Source: Elusimicrobiota bacterium (GTDB lineage Bacteria > Elusimicrobiota > Elusimicrobia > UBA1565). Taken from it: a stretch of DNA of 64,000 nucleotides. The notes below the pieces were generated by a model that was not told the DNA's origin, ran no database searches, and saw only the letters and a list, made by a program, of their open reading frames with translations. This document shows, piece by piece, positions 24,535 through 33,718 of the stretch (position 1 is the first letter of the stretch; each line of letters begins with the position of its first letter). Both the position numbers and the translations under genes were made by a program. The DNA lies in contig DMEZ01000072.1 in the NCBI GenBank assembly GCA_003450735.1, positions 39,846 to 103,845 of the forward strand, in the 5' to 3' direction.

Positions 24535-26570
24535 CGGATCCTCTTCATAGGCGTCTTGCTCAGCCGCGGGATGAGTGTCCTCGTCCGGCCGTCCTGGAAG
24601 CGGATCTCGTTGACCCATTCGCTGACGCGGTCGATGACCTGGATGCTCTTCCGGACCACCACGCCCGGCCCGAAGTCCTGGTGCTCCACCTGGTCGCCCG
24701 GCTCGAAGACGATCGTCCCCAGGCCCTCCGCCTCCGGGGCCGCGGCCGGCGCGAGGGCCGGCAAGGCGCTCCCATCGGCCGGGTGAGCCCTCCCCAGGAG
24801 CTTCAGGAAGATGCCGAGGCCTTCCGCCTGGGGCGAGTCGGCGTCAGCCTGCTCGGCCGCCCGGGAGAGGGCCTTGCGCGAGCCGAGGAGCACCACCTTG
24901 GTGCGGGCCCGGCTGATGGCCACGTTCAGCCGGTTGGGCTCGAAGAGGAAGGCCGCCAGGCGGGCCAGGTAGGAGGGCAGGGAGCTGGTCAGGGAGATGA
25001 CGACGAGCTCGCGCTCCTGGCCCTGGAAGCGCTCGACGGTGGAGCAGAGGATGCGCGGATCCTCGAGCAGGAAGCGGATGCGGTTGCACTGCGCCCGGTA
25101 GGGCGCGATCACCCCGACCTCCTCGGCGCGCAGGCCGCAGCGCACGGCCTCGCGCGCGAGGGCCGCGGCCCAGTGCGCCTCCTTCTCGGAGCTGGAGCGG
25201 CAGTCCTCGTGCGGCACGTCCAGGAACAGGAAGGAATGCTCCGGGCCTAGCAGCTCCTCGAACTCGGGCCGGGGCTTGCGGGGCAGGGCGAAGCGGCGCT
25301 CGGCGGCTTCCGGGGTGGAGCCCAGGCGGCCTCCGTAGAAGCAGTCGCTGATGACCGAGCAGAGCTCCTCGTTCAACCGGCGGCTCTCGGCAAGCAGGAA
25401 GGGCTCCTCGTAGGCCCGGCGCAGGTGGGCGATCACGGACTGCCGGGCCTTCGGTCGGTCCTCGTCGGGAGGCAGCTCCACGATGGGCGGCATCTGCGCG
25501 TCGTCTCCGATGAAGACGGCCTTCTTGCCGAGCAGGCGCGCCCCGAGGGCCAACGTCAGCGGCGCCTGGCCGGCTTCGTCGAAGAGCACCACGTCGAAGG
25601 GCGGCTTCCTCGAGGCCAAGTCCCCTCCGGGGAGGCGGGCGGCCGCGTAGGCGGCGGCGTACACCGTCGCGCCGACGATGAGGGGGCTCTTCTTGACCGC
25701 GAGGCGGCCGGTCGGCCGGACGCCCTCGGGCAGGCCTTCGTTGTGCCCCTTCGAGGCGCCGAGCTTGAAGAAGCCCTCCGCGAGCAGGTCGTCTGTGCCG
25801 CGCTCGGAGCGCATCTTGCGGCCCACGAAGTAGGTCTCGGCGAGGGCGTTGTGGATGGCCTGGTGCGAGACCGCGGTGATGAGCACGCGGGCGTGCTCGT
25901 CCAAGGCGTAGTGCAGGGCGATGCGGGCCAGCAGGTGCGTCTTCCCCGTCCCGGGCGGCCCCTGCACGGCGAACCAGTCCCGGGCGGCCAGGGAGCGCAT
26001 GAAGCCCTCGAGCATGCTGTCCTCGAGTCCGCGCGCGAAGGGCGACTCGTGGTCCGGCGGGAGGGGGTCTCGCACCGGCTCGCCGCCCGAGAGCCAGCCG
26101 GCCAGACCGACCTTCTCCGCGCAGCGCAGGAGCTCCACCTGGGCCTCGTAGAGGTCGAAGAGGTCCTCGTCTAAAACCCAGGTCTCCTCGGTGTCGAGGG
26201 AGGCCGGGTCCTCGACTTGGCCGGAGAGGCGGAACTCGTAGCGCTGCCCGTCGAAGCGGTCGCTGACGAGCTCGAGGAGGGCCGCCGCCTTGCGCGGGTC
26301 GCCCCGGCTCAAACGCAGGCGCGCCCCGGGGCGCAGGCGCGAGTCGTTGCGCGGGCCGTGGAAGAGCAGGAGGACGCCGGCGCGGTCCTCGACGGCCCCG
26401 GCGAAGCGCAGGTCCTGCAGGGCCAGCCCCGCGGCCACCCGCTCCTCGAGGGGCCGGTCGTAGACGGCCTCGCGGCTCTCCCGGCGCATCTGGTGCTCCT
26501 GCTCGACGACCGAGAGCAGGGAGCCGACCTCGGAGGTCTCGGGCTGCCAGGTTACTTCGTCTTCGTCCAT
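24531..26570 (-). CDS. SF1 helicase, Upf1/DNA2-like (AAA_11/AAA_12 type) with C-terminal PcrA/UvrD-like Tudor (DUF3553-like) tail
   Basis: 679 aa from MDEDEVTWQPE. Motifs: GPPGTGKTH, DEAGQ, GDDAQMPP, APYRAQ, TVERFQGQERELVV, RLNVAISRAR. Tail: FEPGDQVEHQDFGPGVVV...IRFQDGRTRTL. The track ORF (to 27110) has a spurious extension in a frame overlapping the upstream gene. Confidence 0.85.
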   Translation of the reverse strand: MDEDEVTWQPETSEVGSLLSVVEQEHQMRRESREAVYDRPLEERVAAGLALQDLRFAGAVEDRAGVLLLFHGPRNDSRLRPGARLRLSRGDPRKAAALLELVSDRFDGQRYEFRLSGQVEDPASLDTEETWVLDEDLFDLYEAQVELLRCAEKVGLAGWLSGGEPVRDPLPPDHESPFARGLEDSMLEGFMRSLAARDWFAVQGPPGTGKTHLLARIALHYALDEHARVLITAVSHQAIHNALAETYFVGRKMRSERGTDDLLAEGFFKLGASKGHNEGLPEGVRPTGRLAVKKSPLIVGATVYAAAYAAARLPGGDLASRKPPFDVVLFDEAGQAPLTLALGARLLGKKAVFIGDDAQMPPIVELPPDEDRPKARQSVIAHLRRAYEEPFLLAESRRLNEELCSVISDCFYGGRLGSTPEAAERRFALPRKPRPEFEELLGPEHSFLFLDVPHEDCRSSSEKEAHWAAALAREAVRCGLRAEEVGVIAPYRAQCNRIRFLLEDPRILCSTVERFQGQERELVVISLTSSLPSYLARLAAFLFEPNRLNVAISRARTKVVLLGSRKALSRAAEQADADSPQAEGLGIFLKLLGRAHPADGSALPALAPAAAPEAEGLGTIVFEPGDQVEHQDFGPGVVVRKSIQVIDRVSEWVNEIRFQDGRTRTLIPRLSKTPMKRIR

Positions 26571-27124
26571 CACTCCACCGGATAGCCGCGCAGGCGCAAA
26601 AAGCCGGCCACCTTGTCCTTGGGGGCCATCCCCGACACCTTCAGGGTCTCCCCGGTCGTCTTCATGGACAGCGCGCTCAGGAAGTCGAACGAGATCCCCG
26701 TGATGTCCTGTTTGGGGATCTTGAAGAAATACTCGCAGGAGACGATCTCCGGCGCGTCGTCCAAGGCCTTTTGGAAGAAGTCCGCGATGGTCGAAGTCTT
26801 CTGCTTGACCGCCTGCCCCGGCGGTCCGTCCTCGCCGGCCATGGACTCGATGCCGGCCACGACCAAGGCTCCGACCAGCCCGCCCTGTCCCCCCGCCGCG
26901 CGCATGGCCGCCTTCTCGCGGTCGAAGAACTGCTTGAGGAAGAAATAGAACCCGTCCTCGCGCACCATCACCGGCCCGAGGGCCGTCCACTTGCCGATGT
27001 TCGTGGTGGTCTCGTTGAAGGCCAGCACCGGCCCGGAGGAGGGCTTGGCCACGAGGTTCTCGTAGCAGAGCGTGCAGAACTTCGCGTCGTCGGGGTTGGG
27101 CGTCTTGCACTTGGGGCAGTCCAT
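26570..27124 (-). CDS. Zinc-ribbon domain protein (184 aa), hypothetical
   Basis: MDCPKCKTPNPDDAKFCTLCYENL (CxxC...CxxC), then a globular domain of normal composition. GGAGG lies 9 nt upstream. Its stop overlaps the helicase ATG by 1 nt. Confidence 0.7.
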   Translation of the reverse strand: MDCPKCKTPNPDDAKFCTLCYENLVAKPSSGPVLAFNETTTNIGKWTALGPVMVREDGFYFFLKQFFDREKAAMRAAGGQGGLVGALVVAGIESMAGEDGPPGQAVKQKTSTIADFFQKALDDAPEIVSCEYFFKIPKQDITGISFDFLSALSMKTTGETLKVSGMAPKDKVAGFLRLRGYPVE

Positions 27125-27133
27125 GACTCAGAG

Positions 27134-27152
27134 CCTCCGCTCGGTACGGAGG
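27134..27152 (-). promoter_or_regulatory. Hairpin whose 3' arm contains the Shine-Dalgarno of the Zn-ribbon gene
   Basis: Minus-strand RNA CCUCCG-UACCGAG-CGGAGG, then cucugaguc, then AUG. It lies in the 57-nt gap after the histidine kinase stop. Confidence 0.25.
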
Positions 27153-27181
27153 TATACTTTACCATGTCGGAGCTGCTTCCT

Positions 27182-28993
27182 TCAGGCCGCGGAGGCGACC
27201 GGCAGGGTGAAGCGGAAGGCCGCGCCCTTCCCCGGCTCGCTCTCCACCCAGAGCTCGCCCTTGTGCAGGCTCACCAGGTCCTTCACGATCGACAGGCCCA
27301 GCCCGACCCCTTCGCGGCGCTGCCCGTGGGGCACGACCTGGACGAACTTCTGGAAGATGCGCTCCTGGTCCTCCTTGGCGATGCCCGCACCGGTGTCCTG
27401 GACGCAGAACACGACGAAGCCGGGGCGCTCTGCCCCGCCGGGCGAGGCCGAAACGGTGATGCTCCCCCCCGCGGAGGTGGACTTGATGGCGTTGGCGACG
27501 AGGTTGGTCAGGATCTGCACGGCCCTCTTCGGGTCGGCCAGGACCTTCCTGGAGGCCTCGTCCAAGGCCTGCACCGAGTAATCCAGCCGCAGACCCCTCG
27601 TCGAGGCCCACGGGCGCAGCCCCTCCACCGCCTCCTGCACGAGCCCCGACACCTCGGTCGGGCCCGGCCTCATCGGCATCTGCCCGGCCTGCAGCTTCGA
27701 GAAGTCCAGCATCTCGTCGATCAGCTTCCCGAGCTTGAGGCTGTTGCGCTTCGTGATGTCGAGGAAGCGCTTCTCGTCGGCCCCCAGCTTGGAGGAGGCC
27801 AGCCGCTCCACGAGCTCCAGGGCGGAGCAGATGGAGGCCAGCGGCGCCTTCAGCTCATGGGTCACCTGCGAGATGAAATCCTCCTGCAGCTTCGCCGCCT
27901 CCTTGTACTTCGCGGCGGAGGGCAGGACCCCGTAGGTGCCGACGACGCGGCCCTCCTCGTTGTGGAGGATGGCCATGGAACTGCGGAAGGCCTCGGTCAC
28001 CTCGTCGATCCCCATCACGTCCACCTTCGCGTCCGCCGAGTCCGAGCCGCTGCCCAGGGAGAGGGAGATCATCTGCTCGCCCGAGTTGATGCTGTCCTGG
28101 ATCGGCTTGCCCGCGAGGTCCGCCAGGCGCTTGCCCACGATCTTCTCGGCGGCGGGGTCCATCATCAGGACGCGGCCCTCCGAGTCCACGACCACCTTCC
28201 CCTCCCCGAGGGCGTCCAGGACCTGCTCGGTGCGCTGCCGCTCCGCCAGGATCCGCTGGGACTCCTCCTTCAGCAGGCGCGTCTGCTCGGCCACGCGCTG
28301 CTCCAGGGCCTGCTTGACGGTCTTCACCGCCTGCCCGTAGATGCGTGCCTGCTCCTGCGGGTCGGAGACGGCGCCCTCCACGAGGCCCTTGAGGAGCGAG
28401 CTGAAGGTCGCGGCCTCCGCGCGCTCGACGGCCGGCGGCTTCTGCGAGCGGGGGCGCTGCGGGACGGGACTCTGGACCGTGCGCGCCTGGGGCTGGGGCT
28501 GAGCCTCCTCGGCCCGGCTGCGCGAGTAGCGCAAGCTCTCGACGCGGATGCGGACGACGCCCTTCTGCCTGAGGGCGTTGCCCACGTCGACGCCGCCCGA
28601 GCGGCTCAGCGGGGCCGCGGCGAGCTCGCAGAAGGATTCCAGCTCATAGGACTGCACGCCCGCCAGGATGTCGACGCTGTCGAACAGGCGGCCCTGGAAC
28701 ACCGCCGCCAGGTTCTCGCACAGGTGGGTCTCGCCCAGGGGCGCGCCGTTGACCAGCCAGCGCCCCTCGGTGAGGGCGAAGGAGGCCTGGCGCCATTGCG
28801 TCCGGGCGAACAACTCGGCCAGGCACTTGCGGCACTCCTGGAGCGCGATGGTGGGGACCGGGTGGCCGGGGTTGTAGAGGGCCCGCAGCTTGACGGCCTG
28901 CCCGAGGGACTGCAGGGCGGTCTTGGCCAGCGGCAGGGCCTCGCGCGAAGCCCCTCGCGACTCCTGCTCGATGGATCTCTCAAGCGGCGTCAT
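27182..28993 (-). CDS. Cytoplasmic sensor histidine kinase (N-terminal unknown domain, PAS-like, HisKA, HATPase_c)
   Basis: H-box FISQVTHELKAPLASI, N-box LTNLVANAIKST, G1 VQDTGAGI, G2 GVGLGLSIV. No TM segment seen. Confidence 0.9.
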   Translation of the reverse strand: MTPLERSIEQESRGASREALPLAKTALQSLGQAVKLRALYNPGHPVPTIALQECRKCLAELFARTQWRQASFALTEGRWLVNGAPLGETHLCENLAAVFQGRLFDSVDILAGVQSYELESFCELAAAPLSRSGGVDVGNALRQKGVVRIRVESLRYSRSRAEEAQPQPQARTVQSPVPQRPRSQKPPAVERAEAATFSSLLKGLVEGAVSDPQEQARIYGQAVKTVKQALEQRVAEQTRLLKEESQRILAERQRTEQVLDALGEGKVVVDSEGRVLMMDPAAEKIVGKRLADLAGKPIQDSINSGEQMISLSLGSGSDSADAKVDVMGIDEVTEAFRSSMAILHNEEGRVVGTYGVLPSAAKYKEAAKLQEDFISQVTHELKAPLASICSALELVERLASSKLGADEKRFLDITKRNSLKLGKLIDEMLDFSKLQAGQMPMRPGPTEVSGLVQEAVEGLRPWASTRGLRLDYSVQALDEASRKVLADPKRAVQILTNLVANAIKSTSAGGSITVSASPGGAERPGFVVFCVQDTGAGIAKEDQERIFQKFVQVVPHGQRREGVGLGLSIVKDLVSLHKGELWVESEPGKGAAFRFTLPVASAA

Positions 28994-29747
28994 GGGAGTC
29001 CCCCCTCAGGAGCAGTTCCCCCGCCTTGAGCAGGGGGTCGTTCGGACGCGCCTTGAGGGCCCGAGCCAGCAGCTCTCGCGCAGCCCTCCGATGACCCTGG
29101 CGGTAGACGACCATGGCCAGATCGTAGTGGACGAGGGAGTTGCGGGGATTGATCTTCAGCGCGCAGACCATCTCCGTGAGCGCTTCGGCCAGGCGGTCGG
29201 CCTCGCAGTAGGCCACGCCCAGGTCGATATGGGCGGAGCAGAGCTCGGGGTCGAGCTCGAGGGTCCTGCGGATGCTCGCGTCGTCCGGGTCGTAGCCGAA
29301 CGCCCGCCATTTCTCGCACCAGTTCTCCGCATCGTTGGGGTCGAGGTCGAGGGCGGCCAGGGCCTCGTCCTTCCTGCGCTCGGGATCGCCGGCAGCCCCC
29401 CGCCGCAGCGCGACGGCCATCGCCCGGTGGGCCTGCGCGCTCTTGGGCGCGCGGGCAAGGGCCTTGCCCGCGCTGTCCAGGGCCAGGGCGTAGAAGCTCT
29501 CGTGCTCCTCGCCGTTGAGCTCGCGGCGGAAGCCCCAGTAGGAATAGGTCTCGGCCAGGGCCGCGTAGGCCGCCGCGCTGGACGGGTCGGCCTGGACGGC
29601 CTGGATGAGCTCCACGGTCGCGGCTTCGTAGCCTTCGATGTCGAAGGAGCGCATGAGCCTCCTGCCCCGGACGAAGCACTCATGCGCCCTGCCCGGGTCG
29701 GTGGCCGGGGCTGCGACGGTCGGCATCCTTTCAAGCAGTGTGTTCAT
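28980..29747 (-). CDS. TPR repeat protein (255 aa)
   Basis: From MNTLLERMPTV. Repeated A..Y..LA..Y.....A helices (AAAYAALAETYSYWG, AHIDLGVAYCEADRLAEAL, VHYDLAMVVYRQGHRRAA). The track ORF has an Arg-rich extension into the upstream gene. Confidence 0.75.
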   Translation of the reverse strand: MNTLLERMPTVAAPATDPGRAHECFVRGRRLMRSFDIEGYEAATVELIQAVQADPSSAAAYAALAETYSYWGFRRELNGEEHESFYALALDSAGKALARAPKSAQAHRAMAVALRRGAAGDPERRKDEALAALDLDPNDAENWCEKWRAFGYDPDDASIRRTLELDPELCSAHIDLGVAYCEADRLAEALTEMVCALKINPRNSLVHYDLAMVVYRQGHRRAARELLARALKARPNDPLLKAGELLLRGDSHDAA

Positions 29748-29749
29748 GA

Positions 29750-31789
29750 TCACTCCACGAGGATGATCTTCAGCGCCTCGGGCAGGGAGGTCTCCCCCCG
29801 TGCGACGAGGTCCATGGCGGCCTCGCGCAGGGTGACCATCCCTTCCCGCACGGCCTGCTCCGCGATGCGGTCCCCGCTGTTCTCGGTGAGGATGACCTGC
29901 CGCATCCCGGGGCTCTGGACGGGCATCACTTCGAAGACGGGCTGGCGGCCGGCGTAGCCGGTCTGGTGGCATTTCCTGCACCCCGCGCTCCGGTAGACGC
30001 GCTGGAGGCGCGAGAGTTCCCCCTCGTTGAGCAGGCGCCGCTCCTCTTCCCCGATCGGCACTTCCGTCTTGCAGTCCGGGCAGAGGACCTTGACCAGCCG
30101 CTGCGCCACCACGAGCTTGACGCTCGCGGCCACGAGGTAGGGCGCCAGCCCCATGTGGGTCAGCCTCGCGATGGTGGCCGAGGCGCTGTTCGTATGGAGG
30201 GTCGAGAGCACCAGGTGCCCGGTGATGGAGGCCTTCACCGCGATCTCGGCCGTCTCCAGGTCGCGGATCTCGCCGACCAGCATGACGTCCGGGTCCTGGC
30301 GCAGGAACGAGCGCAGGATGGCCTCGAAGGTGAGCCCGATGCCCGGCTGCACGTGCGTCTGCGTGATGCCGGGCAAGCGGTACTCGATGGGGTCCTCGGC
30401 GGTCACGATGTTCACGTCGGGCTGGTTCAGCATGCCCAGCATCGTGTAGAGGGTGGTGGTCTTGCCGCTCCCCGTAGGTCCGGTGACCAGGATGAGGCCG
30501 TGCGGGGTGCGCAGGGCCTTCTCGATGAACTGCGAGTTCTTGTCCGACAGTCCCAACTCGCCAAGGCCCTTCTTGATCTTGGTCCCTCCCAGGATGCGCA
30601 GGACGATCTTCTCGCCGTAAGCGCTGGGCAGGATGCTGACGCGGAACTCGATCTTCTTCCCGTTGATCGTCGCCCGGAACTGCCCGTCCTGGGGCAGGCG
30701 GCGCTCCGTGATGGAGAGCTCGGCCATGATCTTCACCCGCGCGCTGACCCGCGCGCTCAGCGAGGCGGGCATGCCGGTCATGCGGCTCAGGGAGCCGTTC
30801 AGGCGCACGCGCACCACGAGCTCGCGTTCCTGCGGCTCGATGTGGATGTCGCTGGCCCCCATCTCGACGCCCCGCACCAGGATGCGGTTGAGCTGCTTGA
30901 CCAGGGGGGAGTTCTCGTCCATCTCGTCGAGGCCGTGGGCTTCCTCCTGCTTCTTGTCTTCCTTATCCACGTCGACGAGCAGCTCCCCCTCCGGGCCGAG
31001 GTCCGCGCGCTCGAGGTCCTCGAGCTGGGGCATGTCCTCGAGCTTCACGGCGGGGCGCTCGGGCGCGGGAGCCGGGGCTTCCAGCAGCGGCTCCGGGACG
31101 GGGAGCGGGGCCTCCTCGACCGGCTCGGGCAGCGGCGGCAGAACGGAGAGCGGCGGCAGCGCGAGCTGGGGGACGGGCTCCGGGACGGCGGCCAGCTCCG
31201 GCTCGGGAGGAGGCGGGAGGGCCGGAGCCGGCGGGAGCTCCTCCGGCGCCGGGATGTCCCAGCGCTGCCGGATGGCCCGGTCCACCGCTTCCACGAGCTT
31301 CGCGTTGGAGATGGGCTTCTCCAGGAAGTCGTCGAGCGCGAGGCCCATCTCGCGCAGGTGCCGTCGATGGGGCGCCCCGGTGAACATGATGATGAGGGTC
31401 TTGCGGAGGTCGTCGTCGCCGCGAAGCTCCTGCAGGACCTCGTAGCCGTTGAGGCCGGGCATGTTGAAGTCCAGGAGGATCAGGTCGGGCCGCTCCCGGC
31501 GGGCCGTTTCCATGCCCTGGATGCCGTTCTCCGCGGTGAGCACCTCGTAGCCGCGCTCGTTGAGGAGGTACTGCACGACTTCCCGGTAGTCCTTCTTGTC
31601 GTCGATGACCAGCACGCGCGGCTTGCGCGTCAGCCGGGGCTGTCCGTTCCCGGGCGCGAGCGGCGTCTGCGGCGCCGCGGCACTCTCCGCCTGCGGCCAG
31701 TCGGCGGCCGGGCTCTCCACGCCCGCCCCCAGCAGAGCGTCCAGTTCACCCAGCAGGCTGAGCGTGCTCGCCGACCCTTTGCCGGTCAT
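29750..31789 (-). CDS. GspE/PilB-family secretion ATPase with N-terminal response-regulator receiver domain and Pro-rich linker
   Basis: REC domain: VLVIDDKKD, LILLDFNMPG, IIMFTG, LEKPI (all phospho-acceptor residues present). Linker: PAPEELPPAPALPPPPEPE... ATPase: GASDIHIEP, GPTGSGKTTT, LRQDPDV, tetra-Cys CPDC...CRKC. Confidence 0.9.
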   Translation of the reverse strand: MTGKGSASTLSLLGELDALLGAGVESPAADWPQAESAAAPQTPLAPGNGQPRLTRKPRVLVIDDKKDYREVVQYLLNERGYEVLTAENGIQGMETARRERPDLILLDFNMPGLNGYEVLQELRGDDDLRKTLIIMFTGAPHRRHLREMGLALDDFLEKPISNAKLVEAVDRAIRQRWDIPAPEELPPAPALPPPPEPELAAVPEPVPQLALPPLSVLPPLPEPVEEAPLPVPEPLLEAPAPAPERPAVKLEDMPQLEDLERADLGPEGELLVDVDKEDKKQEEAHGLDEMDENSPLVKQLNRILVRGVEMGASDIHIEPQERELVVRVRLNGSLSRMTGMPASLSARVSARVKIMAELSITERRLPQDGQFRATINGKKIEFRVSILPSAYGEKIVLRILGGTKIKKGLGELGLSDKNSQFIEKALRTPHGLILVTGPTGSGKTTTLYTMLGMLNQPDVNIVTAEDPIEYRLPGITQTHVQPGIGLTFEAILRSFLRQDPDVMLVGEIRDLETAEIAVKASITGHLVLSTLHTNSASATIARLTHMGLAPYLVAASVKLVVAQRLVKVLCPDCKTEVPIGEEERRLLNEGELSRLQRVYRSAGCRKCHQTGYAGRQPVFEVMPVQSPGMRQVILTENSGDRIAEQAVREGMVTLREAAMDLVARGETSLPEALKIILVE

Positions 31790-32904
31790 GAGAGCACCGC
31801 CTTGAGGTCTGCCGCCAACGGCTGCCCGGCTACCCGCAGCGGGTCGCGCGCCTTCGAGACGGCCTCCGCGGGCGATATGATCCCGCGGGTCGCCAACTCG
31901 TGCAGGACCTTGTCCATCGAGTGCATCCCGAGCTTCCCGCTGGTTTCGATGACGTTGGGGATGAGGTGGGTCTTGCCCTCCCGGATGAGGTTCGACACCG
32001 CCGGCGTCACCAGCAGCAGCTCGCGCGCCGCGATGAGCCCTCGGCCATCGGCCCGGCTCACCAGCACCTGGGAGAGGACCCCCTTTAGGGAATCGGCCAG
32101 TTGGACGCGCACCTGCTGCTGTTGGCTGCCGGGGAAGACGTCCACGATGCGGTCCACCGTCTGTGCGGCGTCGGAAGTGTGCAGGGTCGCCAAGCAGAGG
32201 TGGCCCGTCTCGGCTGCGGTCAAAGCCAGGGCGATGGTCTCGGCATCGCGCATCTCCCCCACCATCAGCACGTCCGGGTCCTGCCGGAGCGCGCGCCTCA
32301 GGGCCTCCTGGAACGAGCGAGTATCCGTGCCCACCTCCCGCTGCCGGATGACGCTCCGGCGGCTCTTGTAGACGTACTCGATGGGGTCCTCGATGGTGAT
32401 GATATGCTTGCGGGCGTTGAGGTTGATGTGCTCGATCATGCAGGCGAGCGTGGTGGATTTCCCGCTGCCGGTCGGGCCGGTGACCAGCACCAGCCCCCGG
32501 GGCAGATCGGCCAGGCGCATCGCGACGGGGCCCAGCCCGAGGAACTCGGGCGAGGGGATCGCGGAGGGGATGACGCGGAAGACCGCCTCCATCTGCCCTC
32601 GCTGCTGCAGGACGTTGATGCGGAAGCGCGAGAGGCCCGGGATGGCGATGGAGCAGTCCAGCTCCAGGCTCTCCTCGAAGCGGGCCCTCTGGGCGTCATA
32701 GAGGAGCGACAGGATCATCCGGCGGCAGGTCTCCGCGTCGACCGGGGGGAAGCCGGGCAGCTCCGAGATGGAGCCGAGCGCCCGGACGAGCGGAGGGCTG
32801 CCCGTCGTCAGGTGGATGTCGCTGGCCTTCGCCGCCATCGCCGCCTTCAAGATCGCCATCAGTTCCATGGGGTTCACCGCCCTATGCTCTCTAACAACAA
32901 CCAT
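31786..32904 (-). CDS. pilT: Type IV pilus retraction ATPase PilT
   Basis: ASDIHL, GPTGSGKSTT, LRQDPDVLMVGEMRD, TGHLCLATLHT, PilT signature AVSNLIREGK. A start at 32868 (MELMAILK) fits typical PilT N-termini better; GAGGGG precedes 32904. The stop overlaps the next ATG (ATGA). Confidence 0.9.
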   Translation of the reverse strand: MVVVREHRAVNPMELMAILKAAMAAKASDIHLTTGSPPLVRALGSISELPGFPPVDAETCRRMILSLLYDAQRARFEESLELDCSIAIPGLSRFRINVLQQRGQMEAVFRVIPSAIPSPEFLGLGPVAMRLADLPRGLVLVTGPTGSGKSTTLACMIEHINLNARKHIITIEDPIEYVYKSRRSVIRQREVGTDTRSFQEALRRALRQDPDVLMVGEMRDAETIALALTAAETGHLCLATLHTSDAAQTVDRIVDVFPGSQQQQVRVQLADSLKGVLSQVLVSRADGRGLIAARELLLVTPAVSNLIREGKTHLIPNVIETSGKLGMHSMDKVLHELATRGIISPAEAVSKARDPLRVAGQPLAADLKAVLS

Positions 32905-32940
32905 AACCCGCAGCCCCTCAATTCCGGCTCAAATGCGGCT

Positions 32941-32969
32941 CTGGCAGCCCTCAAATGTTGTGGTACAAT
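32941..32969 (+). promoter_or_regulatory. Putative promoter of the OmpR-type regulator (CTGGCA-N17-TACAAT)
   Basis: TACAAT at 32964-32969, 15 nt before the ATG at 32985. The first ATG of the track ORF (32955) lies upstream of this -10. Confidence 0.3.
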
Positions 32970-32984
32970 ACCCGCAGGCCCTCC

Positions 32985-33692
32985 ATGCCCGAGAACACCC
33001 GCTACAAGATCATGGTCGTCGACGACGACCGGGACATCACGGAGTCCACCGCCCTCTTCCTGCGTCGGGCCGGCTACTCGGTCATCACCTGCTTATCGGG
33101 CGACGAGCTGCTCCGCAAGGTCAAGACCTCCCAGCCCGACCTCATCCTCTCCGACGTCCTGCTGGGGGATTCCAACGGAGTGGCCCTCTGCGCGCGCATC
33201 CGGCAGGATACGGCCACGCGCCACATCCCGATCATCCTGGTCTCCGGCTCCCGCATCAGCGAGCAGGACACCGCTTCAGCCCTCTACGAGGGCGCCGACG
33301 ACTACATGGTCAAGCCCCTCTCGCCGCGAGTCCTCATCGCCAAGGTCTGCGCGGTGCTGCGCCGAGTGAAGGCGCCCCTCGAGCTCGAGGAAGTGCTGCG
33401 CAGGAGCGGCCTCGTCCTCAACGTCCCGGAGCGCACGGCGTCGCTGGACGGCCGCGAAGTCCAGCTGACGCGCAAGGAGTTCGACCTGCTCACCGTGCTC
33501 CTGCGCAAGGGGGGGAAGGTCCTCTCCTCGAAATTCCTCCTGGAGACGGTCTGGGGCTACGAACTCGAGGATTACAACGACACCCACACCGTCGAAGTGC
33601 ACGTCTCCAGCCTCAAGAAGAAGCTCGGCCGCAAGCTCGCCGCCATGATCACGAACATCATCGGGTCAGGCTACCGCTTCGACCCTCTCTGA
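32985..33692 (+). CDS. OmpR/PhoB-family response regulator
   Basis: MPENTRYKIMVVDDDRD, LILSDVLLGD, ILVSGS, MVKPL, then winged helix LTRKEFDLLTVLL...GYRF. Confidence 0.9.
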   Translation: MPENTRYKIMVVDDDRDITESTALFLRRAGYSVITCLSGDELLRKVKTSQPDLILSDVLLGDSNGVALCARIRQDTATRHIPIILVSGSRISEQDTASALYEGADDYMVKPLSPRVLIAKVCAVLRRVKAPLELEEVLRRSGLVLNVPERTASLDGREVQLTRKEFDLLTVLLRKGGKVLSSKFLLETVWGYELEDYNDTHTVEVHVSSLKKKLGRKLAAMITNIIGSGYRFDPL

Positions 33693-33718
33693 CCCCCTGT
33701 TTTTGCTTTAATAGCCCC

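Noticed and set aside
27172-27183. 12-nt match (GAAGGAAGCAGC, minus strand) to the SRP RNA domain IV core
   Set aside because: It straddles the histidine kinase stop codon. The 57-nt gap is too short for a 4.5S RNA, and the complementary 5' strand and GNRA loop are missing.
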